The translations under genes and the position numbers were made by a program. This document shows, one piece after another, positions 1 through 9,566 of a stretch of DNA of 64,000 bases (within the stretch, counting starts at the first letter, position 1; every line of letters starts with the position of its first letter). A model generated the notes under the pieces. The model worked only from the letters and a program-made list of their open reading frames with translations, was not told the DNA's origin and did no database searches. Origin of the DNA: Protoeuglena noctilucae (taxonomy: Eukaryota); NCBI GenBank assembly GCA_958009085.1, contig OY253673.1, positions 62,001 to 126,000 on the forward strand, read 5' to 3'.

Positions 1-12
1 CAACCAGCGAAG

Positions 13-348
13 ATGATGCGGGTGAAGCGCGAAGACATGGCGCGGGCCCTGTCCCTGCCCTGTTGGTACCTGGAGTCGCGGCTCTTCCGCGACGGGCTGT
101 TCCCCCAGATCGAGCGGCTCGACGACGCGAGGGACTTCGACGCCATCCTCGACCTGGTCGGCGGCGACGAGGACAACGCGCTGGCCCTCCGGTACCACAT
201 GGCGGCGACGCAGGGGCTGTACAAGTGGAACATGGCCCAGGAGAGGGTGGTCGTGCCCTTCAAGCTACGCGATCTCGACGACGCCTACGTCGACCTCTAC
301 ATCGCCATGTCCCGCACCACGGCGGGGGGGACGGTCGTCCTCGTGTGA
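13..348 (+). CDS. Hypothetical protein (5' end may lie outside the window)
   Basis: Open from position 1, with GC3-rich codon usage and protein-like composition (…WYLESRLFRDGLFPQIERLDD…). No family recognised. Confidence 0.4.
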   Translation: MMRVKREDMARALSLPCWYLESRLFRDGLFPQIERLDDARDFDAILDLVGGDEDNALALRYHMAATQGLYKWNMAQERVVVPFKLRDLDDAYVDLYIAMSRTTAGGTVVLV

Positions 349-650
349 GCAGGTGACAATTCGACTATTTTTTCGCAGGAAGCCCACAAGGATCTGGGAA
401 CCCGGGGAGTCGGCGAGAATCGCCAGGGTCCAGGCCGCGCGGGCGAGAAACAACCTTGCACCAGGCCCATGTACCCGGATTAATTTTATCCGGGACCCGC
501 GCGCCGGTCTCGAAGCCCGAGAAGCCCCGGCGCTGGATGTCTGACCAGGTTCTAGAACATGGGTAAATACCCTAGCCCTGGCGAAGCGCATAAAAGTTCG
601 CGCGCGCGTGGTTTCGCGGACACTTTCTGCGCTTCCGAGTTCGATCGAAG

Positions 651-1649
651 ATGCCGAAGGCCCCGATCAAGAAAGGCGAGCCCTACGAGGAGCGCGCGCG
701 CGCGCTCCTTGCGCGAGTGAGGCTCGATAGGTGCATCGTGCCCTTCAACAACAAGGGGGTGCCGAAGCGCTGCGGCAACAAGCCGCATATGACCATCGCG
801 AATACGAGGCTGCACCTCAACTGCGTCGAGCTTGCGTGCGAGAGGCACCGCGGGTGAGGGGTCCGGGCGACGAATCCCCCGCAACCTTGCGCGCGCTTCC
901 GGGCCCCACCGGCATCACCCGACGCCCTTGCAGGGTCGTGGAAGAGCTCCTGAGGGAGTACATCATTAACAACGGCGGAAACCCCAGCTGGTGAGGGGCC
1001 TGGACTGGTCCGGACAACGGCGTGTGCTCCCGGAAACCGAGTCTCAGTCTCTGTCGTCTCCGAGTCCACAGGGTCCACCAAACGGACATGCACTTCGAGG
1101 CACTCAAGATCGCCGCGAGGGCCAACCCGGGCGACGACACATACGAGATCCCCCTCTGGCTCCCCGAGAACGCCAAGACAGACTGGAGGAGCCACCTCCA
1201 GGCCGATGACGCGCCCCTGATGAGGTTCAACAACCAGCTGGAGTCCGAGTACTCGGCCGGGGCGATCTTCCCGCGCCTGCTCGACCACGCCCGGCACATC
1301 GAGTTGTACGCGGTGCACCCGACAGTCATCGCGGGCGTCCAGGGCGTGCTCGACAACTTCCTGGACAAGGCCATCGCCCCGGCCGTCACGAGGCTCCGCA
1401 GGGCGCTGTTTCCGGTGAGCTCACGGGGCTCTGCAGCTGCCTGGCTCCCGTGCACTGTCGGGGAGACGACGGCAGGCAGCACCCACGCCCCCGCAGATCA
1501 CCCACAAGCGCCGCAAGGTGGTCTCCGGGACGGGTGCCGCGTCTGGAGCCAGGTGCGTGTGTGTCAGTGCGTCGCTGCACACGGGGTGTCCGGGACGGGC
1601 CGCTGATGACACCTCTCGCCTGGTCCGCAGTAACGAGATGACCGGCTAG
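651..1649 (+). CDS. Spliced hypothetical protein, 5 exons, Cys/His-rich N-terminus and basic HKRRK motif
   Basis: Exons 651-853, 934-990, 1072-1414, 1497-1552 and 1631-1649 join in frame through canonical GTGAG/GTGCG…CAG introns and end at TAG 1647-1649. Confidence 0.6.
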
Positions 1650-1868
1650 AGACGACGCAGGCGGCCGCAGTGTGGACGACACGGCCCCGACCTGGTGCGT
1701 GCCTGCGCCGCGTCACGGGGGGCATTACGCAGGCAGGCCGGGGGGCTGGGCTCAGACCGAGACGCTTGTTCGGTGTGCCCGCAGATCCATCCAAGTAGAC
1801 TTTCGCTGGTCGCTGTCGCTGGTCGCCTGGCGCTGTCGTTGCTCCCCCCCGCTGATCCCCCCCCCCCC

Positions 1869-2020
1869 ACCAGCGCAAGCTGGTGACCCACCCCCGGGTC
1901 GTTAATCTGGGATACGCCCGCCCGGCGTGTAACAAGTGGGTAGCCACTACCAGCGGAGGCTGGTGACCCCACCCTGGGTCGTTAATCTGGGATACGCCTG
2001 CCCGGCGTGTAACAAGTGGG
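1869..2020 (+). repeat. Tandem direct repeat, 80-bp period, ~2 copies
   Basis: ACCAGCG..GCTGGTGACCC..GGGTCGTTAATCTGGGATACGCC.GCCCGGCGTGTAACAAGTGGG at 1869-1940 and 1949-2020. Confidence 0.9.
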
Positions 2021-2121
2021 CATGGCGGCAGCCAACCAAACATGCACTCCCCAGCGGGGGGGCCTTGATCTGTCAGCTCACCCCTGGGCGGGCACCCAGT
2101 TGAAGAAGAACCAGCGAGCCG

Positions 2122-2400
2122 GTGATCAAAGAACCCTCTGGCCGTTCCACCGGTCCAATTTTTTTTTGACAGATTTTGGGGAAATCTTTTTCGGTCTCCC
2201 CGAGCCGGCCATTGTCCGTTGTCCCCCGTTGTGATCAAAGAATCCCCTCGCATGGCCGTTCCACTGGTCCAATTTTTTTTTGACAGATTTTGGGAAATCT
2301 TTTTCGGTCTTCCCGGGCCGGCCGTTGTCCGTTGTCCGTTGTCCGTTGTGGTCAGCCCCCGCATGGCCGGTCCACCGGTCCAGTTTCTGACAGATGGGGG
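2122..2400 (+). repeat. Tandem direct repeat, ~110-120-bp unit, ~2.5 copies, with (CCGTTGT)n sub-repeats
   Basis: GTGATCAAAGAA…TGGCCGTTCCAC.GGTCCAATTTTTTTTTGACAGATTTTGGG.AAATCTTTTTCGGTCT is repeated from ~2122 and ~2230, with a partial copy from ~2360. Confidence 0.85.
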
Positions 2401-2519
2401 AAAACCCTTCGCGTTTCAGAGTGGCCTCCCGCCTGGTCAGGGCCTCTACCCTGACCGCTGTCTGTCACGCGAAGTGTGTCCCCGAAATTCTGGCGTTTTC
2501 GGCGCTGTCAGTTCGCGTT

Positions 2520-3041
2520 TCAAAGGGCTTTTTCGTCAGGCGTCGAAAGTTCGAGTCTCGCCGTTAGCTTTCCAAATGGCCAAAAAAGTTTTGCGCTGGC
2601 GCTGGTCTTACCCCACCACTGCTGCGTCCACGCGGAGTCGCGGTCACACACGATGGTCATCGGCTTCGGGCGTTGACGAGGCAACATGCTTAAGAGTCCC
2701 TTTTTTACAGACTCCTTCGTTTTGTTTTTCAGGGGATACAGGTAGACATATTTAGAAAACACGTCGACCAAAACGAGGATATACTTCACGTCTTTCGTCT
2801 GATTCGGTTTCTCAACGTGCATGATGTCGAGCATAGCAACAGCCCAAGGGGACGTGGTCATGAAGTGACCCCCTTTCGGTTTCTCGTCTCGCGGCTTCAT
2901 GACCATCCTGCGAACGTTCTCTTGCCCGAGAAGGAATTCCTTTACTTGCGACTTGCTGTATCCTTTCGAACGAACTTTGGCATACAACTTATCGATAGAA
3001 GTGTATCCCTGCTTAAAAAATGTATTGAACAGCTCCTCCAT
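2520..3041 (-). pseudogene. Retroviral-type (rve, Polinton/Maverick-like) integrase, C-terminally truncated
   Basis: AMLDIM…KYILVLVDVFSKYVYLYPLKNKT…IVCDRDS supplies the first two catalytic Asp. Integrase-like sequence stops at ~2612, before the catalytic Glu region. Confidence 0.85.
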
Positions 3042-3117
3042 ATATGAGCTTTAAAAAACCTCAACCAAAAGGGGATACGCCCCTTGAGGACTCTTGTCCA
3101 ACCGGCCTTGGCCACCC

Positions 3118-5200
3118 CTAACAAGGGGGTTTTAGGGGGCCACGCCCCCTATTGCATGACAGGCAAGCAATCCCACAGTTTTCTTTCGTGTGACCGAGGT
3201 CGTCATCTGTGCGGTCCAAAGTCCACGTGCCCTCCTGATAGAAGTCAGCGCCGCAGTGCCTGCACCGGAATTTGTCAGCCTTCAAGAGAGCCCAGATATC
3301 TTCGGTCGTGATTGTGGTCTCTTGGTCGCGTGTCTTGTCTTGTCGCGTGTACCCCACAACCTTGTCCCGAATGTATGCCTTCAGGTTCAGGAGAACGGAG
3401 CTGATACCTTGGACAAGATAGACCTTATCGAAATCCCTTGCTCGTGTGATGGCCATGTACAATTCTTCACATCCGACGAACGTGGTGCTTACCCCATGGA
3501 CATATAGGTGTCCGCTCGTACGAGACCCCTGACAGCTATGAATAGTCACCATGTTTGAGGATTCGAAGTTCTTATGAAATTGGTCTACTTTAATTTTCTG
3601 GATCACGCCGTCTTGGCCTTGCAGTTCCACAAAGGACCCGTCGTTAGACACCATGAGATATTCCGCATTTCTAACGAATTTCCCAGATGACCTCCCAGAA
3701 CTCGGTCGATAGGTCCAAGTATCTGGGGCGGCGATATTCGTCCCCAACGATTGAATGCACTTGAACGGACATAGATGTAGTCCATCACGCGGCCGTAGGC
3801 CATCGGGGCTACGCCCCCCAAGTGCCTCGTCTTCGGACAACAAGCGCTTTTGAGACAGGAACCATTCGATGCAAGCTCTCTTGTCCTTGCGCTCCACAAG
3901 CATCTCACGTAATTCTTTGAGTAATGGCTTCTGTGATTCCGGTAGGGTTTTATTTTCACGCAGGTATACCCTATGTTTGAAAATGCTCTGCTTGAGCATC
4001 CCGACTGCATCGCGGGAATATCGTGTGTCCTGGACCGGCTTCAGCTGGTCGATATCGCCGGTCATGATTAGGGTGTACTCCCGGTTCACCGCCTCCGTGG
4101 CCATTTCTCTTAATGCCGAGGTACAGAACATAAACGCTTCCTCGAGGATAACCATATTTGCGTTGGGAGAGACGTTACGTGTGGCCTTGCGGTTGATGAC
4201 CGGGAGCTCCCACCATTTGTGCGAGGTCGTGAAGTGGATATTTAGGGGGGTTGCGTCCCCTCCAAAGTACCCCTGACAGTCCAGCTTGTTCTTATTGTTC
4301 GGGCAAACGACCACGATGCGCTTCTCTTGACAGTACTTTTTGACGTAATCGACCCAGAGGCGTGTTTTTCCGGAACCGGCGTAGTGAGCTTGAATGCTCA
4401 GTCTGTTGTGTTGCTGAAGAATCTCATGGATTTGTCCCGTCATGAACTCCGTGTCATACTCTTGTTCCTTGGTGAACTCGTGGGTGATCCATCTGTTCTT
4501 TTCCTTGAATTCGGGAAGATTCGGAGGACTTAGGTCTATAGGATTCGCTTTGATTTTTCCTCGCTCTGGCAACTTGTATGAGCCCAGTTTTCCGTCATAC
4601 TTGATGTTTGGAGGCAGTCGAAAATACACAGCATCTGTCTTGATGGCCACGGGATGATACTGTAAATTTTTGTGGATGAACGTCGCTACGTTTTCAGCGG
4701 CAAGTTCCTGGAGCACACACCAAACGCTATGTTTCCACCCGTTTAGACAAACCTTACGGTCCTCGTCATACACTATATTCAGGTCAGGGTCTCCTGATAA
4801 TTTAAGTCTTGGGTTATCCTCGATTATTTTGTATGCGCTCATGGGGTCTTTGAACAACACACCTCGTTGTGCCTTCGTTCGCGAACGGCCCGCCATGCCG
4901 ATCGCCATGTTAACGATTTTCTTGACGTCTTTTAATTTCAGTGTCGACCCCTTGAGGGCGTCGCCATACAACCAATCTATGACCTCGGCGACTCCTTGAA
5001 TACGCGCGGTATATGCTGTTCTGAGTTCTCCGATGATTCTGATGGGGCGACCTTCGGCCTCTCTGTCGAATAATTTAGCCATCCTCTTGAGTACGCTACC
5101 GAGACATAGCGATAGTTCCTTTCGATAATACACTTGCTCCGAGAACCAAAATAACTGAGTCTTGTCGAGTTTCACAACGTACCAAGCAAAGTTTGTTGCG
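3118..5200 (-). CDS. Protein-primed PolB C-terminal half fused to SF1 (Pif1/RecD-like) helicase and a C-terminal HNH-type nuclease; N-terminally truncated
   Basis: PolB-like motifs KKIVNMAIG, IKTDAVYF and KLGSYK. Helicase motifs AGSGKT, ILEEAF, GDIDQLKPV, TIHSCQG and LYMAITRAR. HNH-like CRHC…WTLDRTDDDLGHTKENCGIACLSCN. Confidence 0.8.
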
Positions 5201-6004
5201 AAGGACAACCAGCAGTTATTCGGGTACTTTGTGGCCGGCATTGGATGCGGTAAGACGACTTTTCTGCTACAATTGCTCAAGAAGTATTTAAAAACACACT
5301 CGTTCGATTATGTCTTTTGGTGTAGTCCTACGAGTACGCGCGATAAGAAAGTACGATCTGTCCTCGGAAAGGCGCCCGCGGGGGTTCAAATAGTCTACGA
5401 TACCGATTTTCCATTAACCGAAATCGAACAGCTCATCGATGAGAAGCTGGAGGAATATGACCTCACGCTGAAGTACATCCCCGTGTATTGGAAATACCTC
5501 CGTTTGTATAAGTCAGTAAAGTACGACTCCGAAGAAGAAGAAATCCTCGAACTCTTCAGCGATGACGAGCTTGAGCTTCTTAATCACTTCAAATTCGAAC
5601 CTCCGACCAAGTTCCCAAACGGGAAGCCGACTTTCGCGATTGTCGTGGACGACTTCCTAGGAGACAAACACGTATTCTCGACGCATATGAATAGTCAGTT
5701 CAACCGATTTATCACCACGATGCGACACCGCAGGACATCGGTGTTTGTCAGCGTACAATCATGGACTCAGACGATTCCTCCGAGTCTGAGGAGCATGGTT
5801 AATATTTTCGCGCTGTGGAGATGCGCGAATCCCAAAATCAAAAAAGCCATGGCTGAGACGATGTGTGGGCACTACCTGACGCCGGATAAATTCCTCGAAC
5901 TATGGGACACCGCAACCAAGGATGATATTCATGACGCTTTTGTGGGAATCCTTCAGTCTCCAGAAGGCGAACGATTCCGAAAAAACCTAAACGAAAGCTT
6001 TTGA
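5200..6004 (+). CDS. A32/FtsK-HerA-type DNA packaging ATPase (PLV/virophage type); no ATG before Walker A
   Basis: Walker A AGIGCGKTT, Walker B AIVVDD, then RH and Q…IPPSLR motifs typical of viral A32-like packaging ATPases. Confidence 0.85.
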
Positions 6005-6024
6005 AAAAAGCTTGCAAAATGCCC

Positions 6025-6450
6025 TTAAAAGTAGTCTACTAGCTTCCTCGTGTTCCCAGTACGACGAGACTCCTGAATCGCCTCGCGCACCTCGGTCTCG
6101 CGCATTGTGCGTTCCTGGGGTGGAGCTTCTTGGACATATTTCGAGGATGCCGTCTTGATATTGTAAAGACGTTCCAGCAAAGCTTTCTCTTTCAGCTCTA
6201 GCTCCTTTTGCTTGACTTCAAGTTCCAGGTTCTGGAGGTCTTTTTCTTTCTGCTTCACTGACTTCAGTGCAGTCTCATGCTGAAGGCGCTCCTCCTTGCG
6301 TTGGGTTTGAACTTCACGGGCCTTTTTTAGGTCCTCCAATCGCTTAGAAATCGCCACAGGGGGCGCAGGAGCCGTGGTTTCTTGCTCTTGTCCGGGGGTT
6401 GGGGTGGAAAGTTCAGGTTCAGGCTCCGAGACAGGTTTCTTGAGGACCAT
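6025..6450 (-). CDS. Viral-element coiled-coil protein (E/K-rich)
   Basis: 141-aa intact ORF preceded by TATATAA-ATG, with heptad-rich LEDLKKARE…KQKELELKEK. Confidence 0.65.
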   Translation of the reverse strand: MVLKKPVSEPEPELSTPTPGQEQETTAPAPPVAISKRLEDLKKAREVQTQRKEERLQHETALKSVKQKEKDLQNLELEVKQKELELKEKALLERLYNIKTASSKYVQEAPPQERTMRETEVREAIQESRRTGNTRKLVDYF

Positions 6451-6474
6451 TTATATACATGCAAACAAAATAAT

Positions 6475-6891
6475 TCAGATGAGAACGCGGAGAATCACGG
6501 CAAAAGCGGCGTGCGTGGCAGAATACGACGCGCCTGTCATATCTGTAATCGTGAACGTCATGTTCTTGCTTGTGAACGGATATACGGGGATAGGTGCTGT
6601 GGGTTGAGAGGCAGCGCCGGAAATAACGTTGGACATATACCCCGTCAGCGGGTCGAAACTATGGTACAGCTGTAAATCATTTGTGGTTAGCAGGGCGTCG
6701 CTTGGCATATTGCAGGTGTTCTCCACCATAAGTCCAAACGGCTTGCCGCTCACGGATTCCAGGTGAGGGACGTCGAGATGCACTACTGTGGAACTCGAGT
6801 TTGCAGGGAATCGGACGATGATTCGGAGAGTGTGCGAGTGTCTGTCTACTGTAGGCGTTGGAGCTATCGGCTGTTGCTGCATTGCTGACAT
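6475..6891 (-). CDS. Small beta-strand-rich protein, possible minor capsid/penton-like single jelly roll
   Basis: 138-aa intact ORF with alternating hydrophobic strands and a C-terminal FTITDMTG…FAVILRV pattern reminiscent of PLV minor capsid proteins. Sits next to the ATPase. Confidence 0.45.
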   Translation of the reverse strand: MSAMQQQPIAPTPTVDRHSHTLRIIVRFPANSSSTVVHLDVPHLESVSGKPFGLMVENTCNMPSDALLTTNDLQLYHSFDPLTGYMSNVISGAASQPTAPIPVYPFTSKNMTFTITDMTGASYSATHAAFAVILRVLI

Positions 6892-6981
6892 ATATATATA
6901 TGACCTTTAAAAAAGAAGCAGTGCGATTGGCCTACGGCCTCAACCAAAACGGCGCCGTGGGCGCCATGGTGGGCGAAGCGA

Positions 6982-7004
6982 GGAGAAAAACGCTGTAAAG
7001 GATT
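6982..7004 (+). promoter_or_regulatory. Putative element promoter motif GGAGAAAAACGCYGTAAAGGRTTG, copy 1
   Basis: A near-identical copy lies at 7468-7491. Both end ~8-13 nt before an ATG. Confidence 0.5.
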
Positions 7005-7012
7005 GATGAACT

Positions 7013-7399
7013 ATGTTCATGGAGAAAAACATGACAGTCGTCGAAGCCTGGTGCCCTCTCATGAAGGAGTTCGTTCTGGTCCCTGCTACTGATAACGACA
7101 AGTTCGTGAAGTTCACGGACGATAAGTTATACCCCGTGGACTGGGTTCTATTGACCCGGGGTGATAACGATAAGGCGAGGAAAATCGCAAATAAGGAGCT
7201 ACCTGACGTCTTTATTTGCAGCGATTACCACATGAGCTGGGAGCACGACGCTGACCAGGCGATAGACCCGGGGCACCACAGGCGAGCTGGGTGCGGGATG
7301 TGCCAAGCTGCTTACGCCGGTAAGAAGCTTCTCCAGCCCATATTCCCTCCCACTCGTGAGGAGCTTGAGGCGGCGGGAATTGAGGAGGGAGACATGTGA
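7013..7399 (+). CDS. Hypothetical viral-element protein with Cys/His cluster
   Basis: 128-aa intact ORF with CSDYH…HH…CGMC. Shares an upstream motif with the 7505 ORF. Confidence 0.55.
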   Translation: MFMEKNMTVVEAWCPLMKEFVLVPATDNDKFVKFTDDKLYPVDWVLLTRGDNDKARKIANKELPDVFICSDYHMSWEHDADQAIDPGHHRRAGCGMCQAAYAGKKLLQPIFPPTREELEAAGIEEGDM

Positions 7400-7467
7400 A
7401 AGGGGGCTTTTTCCGTATTTTTTAGCGAGGGCTTGTTTACAGGCATCGCTTTTCTTCAATAGGAGGG

Positions 7468-7491
7468 GGAGAAAAACGCCGTAAAGGGTTG
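7468..7491 (+). promoter_or_regulatory. Putative element promoter motif, copy 2
   Basis: GGAGAAAAACGCCGTAAAGGGTTG upstream of ATG 7505. Confidence 0.5.
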
Positions 7492-7504
7492 CCGACGTAG
7501 GGGT

Positions 7505-7798
7505 ATGGTGATGACGACGATTGATAACACAGGCAGCGGCGAAGCCGCGACGCACGTAGTGCTGCAAGGCGAGTGGGTGAAGTGGGTCGCTCTCTGCGAC
7601 CAGCTCCAGTCCACCAGAGACGATATAAGCAAAATGCTGCGCGAGGCAGAGGCCGACGCAGAGGCCTCAGTAGAGGGCTTCACGGCGATGTACCGCAATC
7701 TATACGACCTGAAGGATGCCGAGCGGAAGATCGCGCGGAGAATCAAGCGACTCGGGCGTGCAGTGTTCTGGCGCTGGGAGCCTCCGTACCTCGGGTAG
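7505..7798 (+). CDS. Hypothetical viral-element protein (helical)
   Basis: 97-aa intact ORF. Upstream GGAGAAAAACGCYGTAAAGG motif is shared with the 7013 ORF. Confidence 0.55.
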   Translation: MVMTTIDNTGSGEAATHVVLQGEWVKWVALCDQLQSTRDDISKMLREAEADAEASVEGFTAMYRNLYDLKDAERKIARRIKRLGRAVFWRWEPPYLG

Positions 7799-7804
7799 GG
7801 GCTT

Positions 7805-7947
7805 TTCCAGGCGTCGCATGAGGCGTAGGGCGTCGCGGCGAAGCCGCTGCGTGATGGCTTGTAAAGGGGCTTGTTGACGGGCACAGGGGGGAGGCCTTCG
7901 GCCTCCCCTCCTAAAAGGCTTCCAGGCGTCGCATGAGGCGTAGGGCG
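7805..7947 (+). repeat. 28-bp direct repeat TTCCAGGCGTCGCATGAGGCGTAGGGCG (2 copies, partial third at ~8084) flanking a GC hairpin
   Basis: Copies at ~7805-7832 and ~7920-7947. Hairpin GGGGAGGCC-TTC-GGCCTCCCC at 7888-7908. Confidence 0.8.
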
Positions 7948-8102
7948 CGGCTGAAGACCGCCGGACCGTTGACCGTTGACCGTTGACTTTACAGTAATAT
8001 CGGCGTGCGCGCGCCATTACTATCATATGTAATCCTTAGTAAAGATTCAAACCGCCGATGCGCCGCTCCGCCGATCTGCGGCGTTCCAGGCGTCGCTTAC
8101 AG

Positions 8103-9332
8103 CTAGCTGGGGACCAGGTGGAACACCGCCCGCGCCGAGAGGGCCGGGGCTCGCGCGGCCGCCTTGACCGTCTCCCACACCTCCTGGGCCCTGTCACAGG
8201 CCCAGAAGGCGTGGGCGACCGTGTCGTCGTGGGAGCACTGCTCGCCATCCCTGCGGAGGAGGGGGCACGTGGTGAGGTCGAGCCAGTAGCAGTGCGATGC
8301 GGTGGCACGCGCGTCGGCCAGCGTCAGCCACAGCGCCTCGTGCATCTGCGGAGACAGGGAGAGAGCGTTGATGGTCTTGAGAGCGGCATGCATGCCCGCC
8401 GCCGTGACCCCGTCTGGCCCGTCCTGGGCCTCCCCGAGCGCCCCGGCCCGGGACCACTCCTCCACCTTGCGGGCAAGCCGCGAGGTGATGGAGGCCCGGT
8501 CGAAGGCCGCCCCCACCGCATGTCGAACCGTGTACTGCTGGAGCGGAAGGGGGACGGGCACTTCGTGGGGGCGCCGATGAGGCTCGAGGACCCACTGCGT
8601 GGAGGGGGTGACAAGGGGCAGGTTGAGCTCCGCCCACCACGCGGGCTCGGGGGCCAGGCGGGGGGCGGAGTGCGCAGCGACCGGCGCAGCCTGGGGGCGG
8701 GAAGGACGGGGGAGGAGTTGAGAGTCCTGCTGCGTGCAGTAAGCCGCCAGCGTGTGCTCCGCCCTCGCCAGGTCTGCGGGGGAGGGGATCTGGCCTGCGG
8801 CAAGGGAGCGGAGGTGAGCAGGGAGGGAGCCGCAGGCCGCAGGGGACAGAACCAGGCCCTGCCAAGGGTCCCACGCAACCAGGATACCCACGAGCTGCTC
8901 AGCCACGCCCTCAAGCACCACACGGCTGGCATTGGCACGGGGAGGCACAGGCGCGCCCACAACGCCCAGCCCCTCAAGCGCCTTGCAAACCTGGATTATT
9001 ACCCTTTTGACGGGGTCCTTTGCCGACGTCGTGTCGCCCAGGCGTAGGTGGAGTAGCCGCTCCCAGCGCGTGCCCCACAGCCGCCCGCACCACGACGCCT
9101 CCAGCACCTCCGAGGCCACGGCGCCCGGGGAGTCCCGGGCCATCTTGATCCCTGCGGCCGCGGCTCGCACACGAAGGAGGTGACCCACACACCCCAGGCG
9201 AACCTTGGCCATCTTCCGAGCCTGCGGCGGGAACGAGCCATCAGGGAAGTCTCGGCAGTCCGGGGGAGGCGTGGGCGCGCGTGGCTGAGGGTGAACGCCG
9301 CAGCGATGACCTGCAAGACCGGTTTTTTCCAT
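8103..9332 (-). mobile_element. Non-LTR retrotransposon (L1/Tx1-like) ORF2 remnant, post-RT region with zf-RVT zinc finger; truncated at both ends
   Basis: TCPLL…QCSHDDTVAHAFWACDRAQEVW matches the CxxC…ETxxHxFxxCxxAxxVW zf-RVT pattern. No RT core (YADD) or poly(A) tail seen. Confidence 0.7.
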
Positions 9333-9566
9333 GAAAGCACCCTCCGCGGACCTCGCCCCTTTATTTTGAAAAAAAAAAAAAAAAAAGCCCGCGGCGGGAT
9401 CGGAGCCCCTTTATTTTGACGTAAAAATCAGGCTCCTCCGAAGTTTTGGGGACCTCGGGACCCTCGGATTCGTTCATACTCGGGGGGTGTCAGGACACTG
9501 CGTTGCGTCGGTACTTGTATCATTTCCCGAACATGTTCAAGCAGGACCAACGAGTTCGACCCCGAT

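Larger units (their letters stand above)
2612..8104. mobile_element. Endogenous Polinton-like virus / virophage-like element, deleted and truncated
   Basis: Compact intron-less ORFs and visibly lower GC than the flanks. Carries rve integrase, pPolB/SF1 helicase/HNH, an A32-like ATPase and a small beta-rich ORF. Boundaries are approximate and no terminal inverted repeat pair was found. Confidence 0.8.

Noticed and set aside
1869..2400. 80-bp and ~110-bp repeats as CRISPR, or as the left TIR of the PLV
   Set aside because: No repeat-spacer structure. The only echo at the right end, (CCGTTGA)3 at ~7975 versus (CCGTTGT)n at ~2323, is in direct rather than inverted orientation.
2555..2612. An intron (GTAAG on the minus strand) rescuing the integrase C-terminus
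   Set aside because: No downstream frame with integrase-like sequence or the catalytic Glu motif is visible.
5200..5280. N-terminal ~27 aa of the 720-aa ORF as real protein
   Set aside because: It starts at TTG and is antisense to the ATPase Walker A, so it is more simply read-through across a deletion junction.
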